From a virus (Duplodnaviria > Caudoviricetes), in the IMG/VR virus record IMGVR_UViG_3300020044_006527, positions 1-30,372 of that record: a stretch of DNA of 30,372 nt; one strand, written 5' to 3'. The position numbers and the translations under genes are program-made. The notes below the pieces were generated by a model. The model was not told the DNA's origin. It did no database searches and worked only from the letters and a program-made list of their open reading frames with translations. Below are positions 25,063 to 30,372 of this stretch, piece by piece (positions within the stretch are counted from its first letter, which is position 1; every line of letters begins with the position of its first letter).

Positions 25063-26300
25063 GGGCGCCAAGTCGCGAGCCGCTCGAGTGCCGGTCGCCA
25101 ATGCTCCACATAGACACGATCGGCGTGATACTCGCGCATTCCATCAACCGCCTTCGTGCTCTTCTCACCCTTCCGCGCATAAGCCTCTTTCAGACTCTTC
25201 ACGATCTGCGACACGTTCGGTGTAAAGAACCACGAGTCCTGGAACGGGTCCCACATCGGCTGTCCGTCAATGATCCAACCATCACGCACAAGCTCGGGTT
25301 GTGCCGTCCAATTAGACACGATCACCGGCGTCCCACACGCCTGTGCTTCGATGACAGGCACACCAAACCCCTCACCAGCAGAAGTCGCCAAGAGTACATC
25401 AGCAGCCGTATAAAGAGCTGCGAGCGCCTGCTGCGGCATATTCATCCGGTACAGGTACTGATCCACAAACCGAATCTGTTCCTTCTTGATACCACACCCA
25501 GCAATCAACCGGTGCAGATTCACACCACCGAGCGCAGCCGACTCGTCCGTATGTAGGTACAGGATCGCGTCAGGATGCTCAGACGCGAACACGCCAAACG
25601 CTAGGAGATTCTCGCCCCACGATTTACGCGGCGGCGTGCGACCCTTATTCGCACTATTCATCATCACCACGAACGCGTCAGGATCATCAATGCCCATGAT
25701 CTCGCGACCCGTAACATCACGACCAGCAGCATCCTTGAATGATTCCGTAAGCTTAAAGACGCGCTCATCAAGAGCGTGCGGAACGTAGAGATGATCAAGC
25801 CCGTCGAGCGTCATCATCTCCGAACCAAACTTACTCATGGCAATCGGCATGACATTCGGACGAAGCAGCCACTCCGTCACCTCTGGCGGCGTCGGCTTGT
25901 GATCAATCGGACACCACGCAGCAATCTTCGGGATCTGCGCAATGCTCGGATTCTTCAACGCCCACACATCAAACAAGGCGACGACCAGACTCGGCAAGTC
26001 TGATCCACTAGCCCAATGATCAGAGTGCGCCTTCAAGATATCGTCCGAATATTGGGTGACGCCCGTCGGATAGATCTTGATGCCATTCCAATCCGTAGAC
26101 GAACCAGACAGGCCATAGTTACAAGCAACAGCGACCTCGTGTCCGTCACGCGCCATCCGCTCGATCACCTGCGCGGTCTGCACGCCATACCCCGTAGGAA
26201 CGAACGGAGAATTACTATTCCATAGGATGCGTTGCGGCGTCACTCCAGGCACGCTCGGTGCGTGCTTCGCTGCTTGTCTGCGCTGTGCGCGATTCGCCAC
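25059..26300 (-). CDS. Glycosyltransferase family 4 (GT-B)
   Basis: PTGYGVQ, NKGRTPPRK, EGFGVPVIEAQACGTPVI (EX7E). Confidence 0.92.
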   Translation of the reverse strand: MANRAQRRQAAKHAPSVPGVTPQRILWNSNSPFVPTGYGVQTAQVIERMARDGHEVAVACNYGLSGSSTDWNGIKIYPTGVTQYSDDILKAHSDHWASGSDLPSLVVALFDVWALKNPSIAQIPKIAAWCPIDHKPTPPEVTEWLLRPNVMPIAMSKFGSEMMTLDGLDHLYVPHALDERVFKLTESFKDAAGRDVTGREIMGIDDPDAFVVMMNSANKGRTPPRKSWGENLLAFGVFASEHPDAILYLHTDESAALGGVNLHRLIAGCGIKKEQIRFVDQYLYRMNMPQQALAALYTAADVLLATSAGEGFGVPVIEAQACGTPVIVSNWTAQPELVRDGWIIDGQPMWDPFQDSWFFTPNVSQIVKSLKEAYARKGEKSTKAVDGMREYHADRVYVEHWRPALERLATWRP

Positions 26301-26312
26301 TAGGTTCCCTCC

Positions 26313-26354
26313 AAATAGAAACGGGCCGCCCCATCATAACGATGAGACGGCCCG
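26313..26354 (-). terminator. Intrinsic terminator after major capsid gene
   Basis: CGGGCCGUCUCAUCG-UUA-UGAUGGGGCGGCCCG followed by UUUCUAUUU. Confidence 0.8.
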
Positions 26355-26368
26355 AATACTACTAGGAG

Positions 26369-27553
26369 CTACGAAGCAGCGCCGGCGAAGTACTTGATGT
26401 GCGAGGTCTGCGGCAGGTTGCCATCGACGCGCATCGAAGCGCGGAACGTGACGAGATCCGCGTTGAACGCGAAGTCGTCGGAGCGGTCGATGCGGATACC
26501 GCCAACCGTGCGCACGTAGTACGACGGAATGTGGCCACAAATAACGCTCTTCGCACCCGTACCGGCCGAAGCCATATGCGGATTTTCGTAGACGGGGCGA
26601 TTCAACAGGAGATCGCGGTTGTTAGCGTCCAGCGAGGGGCTGAACACGTAGTTACCCGCGGTGTCCTTCAGCTTGCGCATGGCACCGATCGAAGCACCGT
26701 TGGCCATGAAGCCGACACCCGGCAGGAGCCGAGCAGCGCCATCGAGGCTGTAGTGCAGGTCGATCAGGTTGTCAGCGGTGAACGCACCGGAGACGCCCGT
26801 GCCACCCGTGATGCCCGAACCAGCGGCGGTCACGATGCCGGTCGGAGCGGTCGTGCCAGCACCCGTGGTGAGCGCAGACTGCACGTTGAAGCCGAGGCCG
26901 TTGCCGATCTGCTCCGCCAGGAACGCGGTGATGTCCACGCCGGCATCCTCGATCAGCTCGCGGGAGAGCTGAATGATGAAGCCGTACTTGAACGCGCCGA
27001 GCGTCGTGAACGAGTTGAACGCCGGATCAGACTCGCTGAAGTTGGCGCCCTGAGCGGTGACGGTGCCCGAGGTGCTGTAGGTTCCGAGGGACGGAATCTG
27101 AAGGTTCTCGCCGCCGGCCGTGTTCAGCACGGTCGGAACGTCGAGCATCGGACCGACGAGACGGGCGCGCATGATCACCATGTCGTAGAACGACGTCGGG
27201 ACGGGCGAGCCGGTCGAGCTCGTCAGGATGTCGCGCTTCTGGAAGTCGAACGAACGAACCTCGCCACGAGCGAGCTTGCGGATCGCTTCAGCGTCCGTAT
27301 CGTCGCCAGCCGGAACTTCGTCCGTGCGGATCTCAGCAGCAACGGCGTCGAGACGCGCGGCGCGCTCCTCGTCAGCCTTGAGCTGCTCGATCACCTGAGC
27401 GCGCGTGTCGAGATCGGCGCTGATGCGATCGTACTTCTCCTGCTCCTCGGAAGTCAGGTCGCGGTTCTCTGCGCCTGCCGTATCGAGAATGTGCTTCGCC
27501 TCATGCCACGCGGCCTGGCGAAGATCGTGCTGTCGCTTGATGTACTCCGACAT
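26369..27553 (-). CDS. Major capsid protein, HK97 fold with N-terminal scaffold (delta) domain
   Basis: Coiled-coil N-terminus; LSRELIEDA, LRKLKDTAGNY-type and LLNRPV motifs, FRASMRVDG. Confidence 0.95.
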   Translation of the reverse strand: MSEYIKRQHDLRQAAWHEAKHILDTAGAENRDLTSEEQEKYDRISADLDTRAQVIEQLKADEERAARLDAVAAEIRTDEVPAGDDTDAEAIRKLARGEVRSFDFQKRDILTSSTGSPVPTSFYDMVIMRARLVGPMLDVPTVLNTAGGENLQIPSLGTYSTSGTVTAQGANFSESDPAFNSFTTLGAFKYGFIIQLSRELIEDAGVDITAFLAEQIGNGLGFNVQSALTTGAGTTAPTGIVTAAGSGITGGTGVSGAFTADNLIDLHYSLDGAARLLPGVGFMANGASIGAMRKLKDTAGNYVFSPSLDANNRDLLLNRPVYENPHMASAGTGAKSVICGHIPSYYVRTVGGIRIDRSDDFAFNADLVTFRASMRVDGNLPQTSHIKYFAGAAS

Positions 27554-27598
27554 GATCTACACCCCTTTCAAGGGTAACGGTTGTGTACTGCTACCGGC

Positions 27599-27653
27599 CG
27601 CGGCTCCGCGAATCCGAATACGCTCGCGGCTCCGCAAGCGCACACATAGAATA
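27599..27653 (-). promoter_or_regulatory. Capsid leader with tandem GCGGAGCCGCG hairpins and upstream TATTCT -10-like box
   Basis: CGCGGCTCCGC at 27599-27609 and 27625-27635; AGAATA at 27648 and 27661. Confidence 0.5.
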
Positions 27654-27681
27654 ACGCACCAGAATAAGCGTTATAGATTCG

Positions 27682-29352
27682 CTAGACGCGAGCGATGAGC
27701 AAGTCGAGCTGCTTCTGCTTCAACGCGAGCGAAGCAGCAACGTCGTCACGCTCAGAACGCAGACGACCAATCGCCGTGTCAAGCACTTCAGCAAGATCCG
27801 GAGATAGCGTCTCGCCCTTCTCCAGCGCATCAATCGCAGCATTCAGCTTGTCAGACTCGAGGCCGGTAGCCTCTACCAGACCGTCAAGGCTACGTACGCT
27901 TGCCGTAGTCGCCTCGTAAGCCGGGAAGCCGGTCACAATGGATACCTCATGCAAGCGGACCTCGCGGAGTTCGCGCGTCTGACCATCAGCACTCCACGAA
28001 TCACCACCACTCGGAACGCTAAAGCCGAACGACATATCGGCAACGTCGCCACGCTTGATCAGGTACGCCATGTCGCGACCAGCCGTCGTATCAGGAAGAT
28101 CCGCCTCAACGCGCAAGCCATGAGAATCCTCAGACAATCGCAGCGTCCCGGCACGCTTTGACGCGAGCACCTGCGTCGTATCGTGATTCACGAACATCTT
28201 GATCTCATTACGCGACCGCAGCGACCGCGAAAACGCTCCAGGCTGAATGCGCTCAATGAATGGAAGTGGCTGAGAATCAGAATTGAAGACTGCGGAATAT
28301 CCAACGAAAGTCATTCCGCTTCCGGATTCGCTATCACGCAGCTCGAACTCATTGACACAGACGCGACGAGTCTCTACACCATTCTCCATACGAAACAGGT
28401 TAGCACTAGGCTCGCTCACCACGTGAGCGCGCACAAGATCCTCATTCCGAATCTCCTCAGCCTTCGCGTCAAACCACGCAATAGCCGCCTCAGGATGCAC
28501 AGGATCAATACCCCACAAGTAGAACGCGACCGCGCCAGCGCCGGGGAACTCCTCAAGTTCGGGATTCGTATTCTGCTCTGCCTCAAGATCAACCATGTGA
28601 CGAGCCGCCCACGCCGACACGCGCACAACCTTGTCTTCGCTGATCTGACCATCAGCCATCAAGCGAGCCTCACGAATCGTGCGCTCGACCAGACCATCGC
28701 CACCAAGACCAGCCTCGTAATACTCAACACCACGAGCAGCAGCATCGCGAATATACTCGGGCAGCGTAAGATCAACGGCGCGCTCCTCAGCACGCTCAAC
28801 CATCTGCGGCAATTCCTCAGGATCAACCGCGCCAGGCTCAAGCGTGGTAATGCCAAGCCGCGCATACTCGGCACGCACATCAGCATTATTCTCGATCGCG
28901 AGCTCGATGTTCCAAACGTCGAGAAGATCCTTCACCGTGTCACTCTTGTACGCGACCTCTGGCATTGCCGAATCACGCATATAGAGATATTCGGGATCGA
29001 TGTCCACAGCCTCGAGCTGGGCGATTGTCTCTTCGCGGCGGCGCTCGCGACGCGCCGTCACGATCAGCACCTCGCCCTCATACTCATCCACAAACTTGAC
29101 GACATTCTCAATTGGCGAACCATCCGCTCGAAATAGCGTGTCGTCAATGTCTACGACGATTGCTGCCGGCCCATCAAGGTTCCGCTCGCCACCCGGTTCC
29201 ATATCTTCCGCGAGTGACACGGCGACCATCTGATCGATAGCGTCCTGCTTTGACTCGTGACAACCAATCGTCGTCAGCGACCCATCAGTTTCCTCCTTGA
29301 CGGTCGCCCACCCGGAGCAATCAGGCTGCGTATCTGTGATGAAATAAGGCAT
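27682..29352 (-). CDS. HK97-family prohead protease with N-terminal HAD-like and unknown domains
   Basis: C-terminal GYSAVFNS, FVNHD, MSFGF, LHEVSIVTGFPAY; internal VVDIDDTL...IVTAR...YK. Confidence 0.9.
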   Translation of the reverse strand: MPYFITDTQPDCSGWATVKEETDGSLTTIGCHESKQDAIDQMVAVSLAEDMEPGGERNLDGPAAIVVDIDDTLFRADGSPIENVVKFVDEYEGEVLIVTARRERRREETIAQLEAVDIDPEYLYMRDSAMPEVAYKSDTVKDLLDVWNIELAIENNADVRAEYARLGITTLEPGAVDPEELPQMVERAEERAVDLTLPEYIRDAAARGVEYYEAGLGGDGLVERTIREARLMADGQISEDKVVRVSAWAARHMVDLEAEQNTNPELEEFPGAGAVAFYLWGIDPVHPEAAIAWFDAKAEEIRNEDLVRAHVVSEPSANLFRMENGVETRRVCVNEFELRDSESGSGMTFVGYSAVFNSDSQPLPFIERIQPGAFSRSLRSRNEIKMFVNHDTTQVLASKRAGTLRLSEDSHGLRVEADLPDTTAGRDMAYLIKRGDVADMSFGFSVPSGGDSWSADGQTRELREVRLHEVSIVTGFPAYEATTASVRSLDGLVEATGLESDKLNAAIDALEKGETLSPDLAEVLDTAIGRLRSERDDVAASLALKQKQLDLLIARV

Positions 29353-29354
29353 CC

Positions 29355-29615
29355 TTACTCCATGATCTGAATCATCAGACTAACTTCTCTTGACGCGCTC
29401 GAGATTCCCCACAGAGACTCGTTCGGATTGAGTGTAATGTTGCGCTCATCATTCGCGTCAAGATGAATGCCATCATTGACAGTCACGGATTCGTTACCAA
29501 GATAGACGCGACCACCAGCATCATTATGAATGCAAACCCGCTGCGACTGATTCCGCGCAGACACGATCTCTTGCCGAGTCTGATTCAGCGTAATGCGATT
29601 CGTGAAGATTGTCAT
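29355..29615 (-). CDS. Small beta-rich hypothetical protein
   Basis: GGAGG RBS, ATGA overlap with portal. Confidence 0.75.
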   Translation of the reverse strand: MTIFTNRITLNQTRQEIVSARNQSQRVCIHNDAGGRVYLGNESVTVNDGIHLDANDERNITLNPNESLWGISSASREVSLMIQIME

Positions 29616-30372
29616 GCTTCCTCCACCTGATACGCGGACGCGGGATCAGCAGGATCAATCTGAGCAATGCCCTGTAGTTGCACGGATGGCACGCCCGTGT
29701 GCTGAATCATCGGCAAGCCAAGCGCCTCGAGCACGGCATTCGGATCAAAACCCGAATTGATCAGGCGCTGCGCAATCGCACTCTTCTTGTCAAGTTCCGT
29801 CAAGTTCGACGCGGCAAGATCCACATTCGCAAGCGGCACACGATTCACATCGCCGCCCTCGACCGGCGGAAGATCCTCATACCGACGAACATCATTCACG
29901 CTGAAGAAGCCAGCCTGCAAGCCCGTAGAGAATGCTGCATATCGCGAAGCGGTATCGCCACGCAGCAAGCCATTCACATTGAACGAGAGAAACGCCACGC
30001 CAGGAAGCAGGCGCGAATACGAATCCTCGATCTTCACGATGTACGGGCGAAGCGTATGCGTCACAAACTGAATGCCATTCTGCTCAACGCTCGCATAACT
30101 CATTGCGCCAGGCGTTGTCACGCCAATCATCGAAGGCGGACAACGGAACGTACGCGCAATCTCCTCAACCGAGAACTGGCGAGACTCGAGCATCTGCGCC
30201 TCGTTCGGCTCAACACTCGTCTTCGTAAACTTCGCACCACCAAACAAAACACCAGGACGATGCGAACGACGAACGCTACGATGCTGCGCCTCAAACGAGT
30301 CCGCAAGATCCTTCGCCTGCTCACGCGTCAAGTTCCCCGGATACTCAATCAGTCCGCCAACCGTCGAACCCT
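29612..30372 (-). CDS. HK97-family portal protein (5' part outside window)
   Basis: EAQMLESRQFSVEEIARTFRCPP, LLRGD, SVNDVRRYEDLPPVEGGD; frame open to window end. Confidence 0.95.
   Translation of the reverse strand, partial: GSTVGGLIEYPGNLTREQAKDLADSFEAQHRSVRRSHRPGVLFGGAKFTKTSVEPNEAQMLESRQFSVEEIARTFRCPPSMIGVTTPGAMSYASVEQNGIQFVTHTLRPYIVKIEDSYSRLLPGVAFLSFNVNGLLRGDTASRYAAFSTGLQAGFFSVNDVRRYEDLPPVEGGDVNRVPLANVDLAASNLTELDKKSAIAQRLINSGFDPNAVLEALGLPMIQHTGVPSVQLQGIAQIDPADPASAYQVEEA

Larger units (their letters stand above)
4022..30372 (-). mobile_element. Siphovirus-like phage genome (copy A), portal to terminal HNH; terminase expected beyond the window
   Basis: Colinear portal-protease-capsid-neck-tail-lysis-replication-HNH gene order; no host housekeeping genes and no integrase seen. 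Confidence 0.93.

Noticed and set aside
26399-27577. Long plus-strand ORFs antisense to structural genes (also 28183..29136, 16555..17337, 18572..19258, 20663..21469)
   Set aside because: Shadow frames expected from high-GC codon bias; no recognisable motifs or RBS.

Overview
The window is almost entirely tailed-phage DNA: an HK97-fold siphovirus with high GC. An actinobacterial host is likely, inferred from an Rpf-like gene, leaderless-type promoters and actinophage-style tail genes. Positions ~4040-30372 read as one coherent genome ('copy A'), mostly on the minus strand. From the right end it runs: portal (cut by the window edge), a multi-domain prohead protease, major capsid, a five-gene sugar-modification cassette (3 glycosyltransferases, a Gfo/Idh/MocA oxidoreductase and an LpxA-like acyltransferase), neck and tail genes with a -1 frameshifted chaperone, lysis genes, a metallophosphoesterase, a small plus-strand regulatory block, then SSB-like, RuvC-like, Rpf-like, primase-helicase, origin and a terminal HNH gene. 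Positions 1-4021 are a second, diverged, inverted and circularly permuted copy ('copy B') of A's replication arm. Copy B carries a different primase-helicase with its own repeat-rich origin and is joined through two gene-breaking junctions (745-748 and ~4022-4040). The sequence alone cannot distinguish a real subgenomic replicon or switchable replication cassette from an assembly/amplification chimera of two related phages. All family assignments are by motif recognition; no searches were run.
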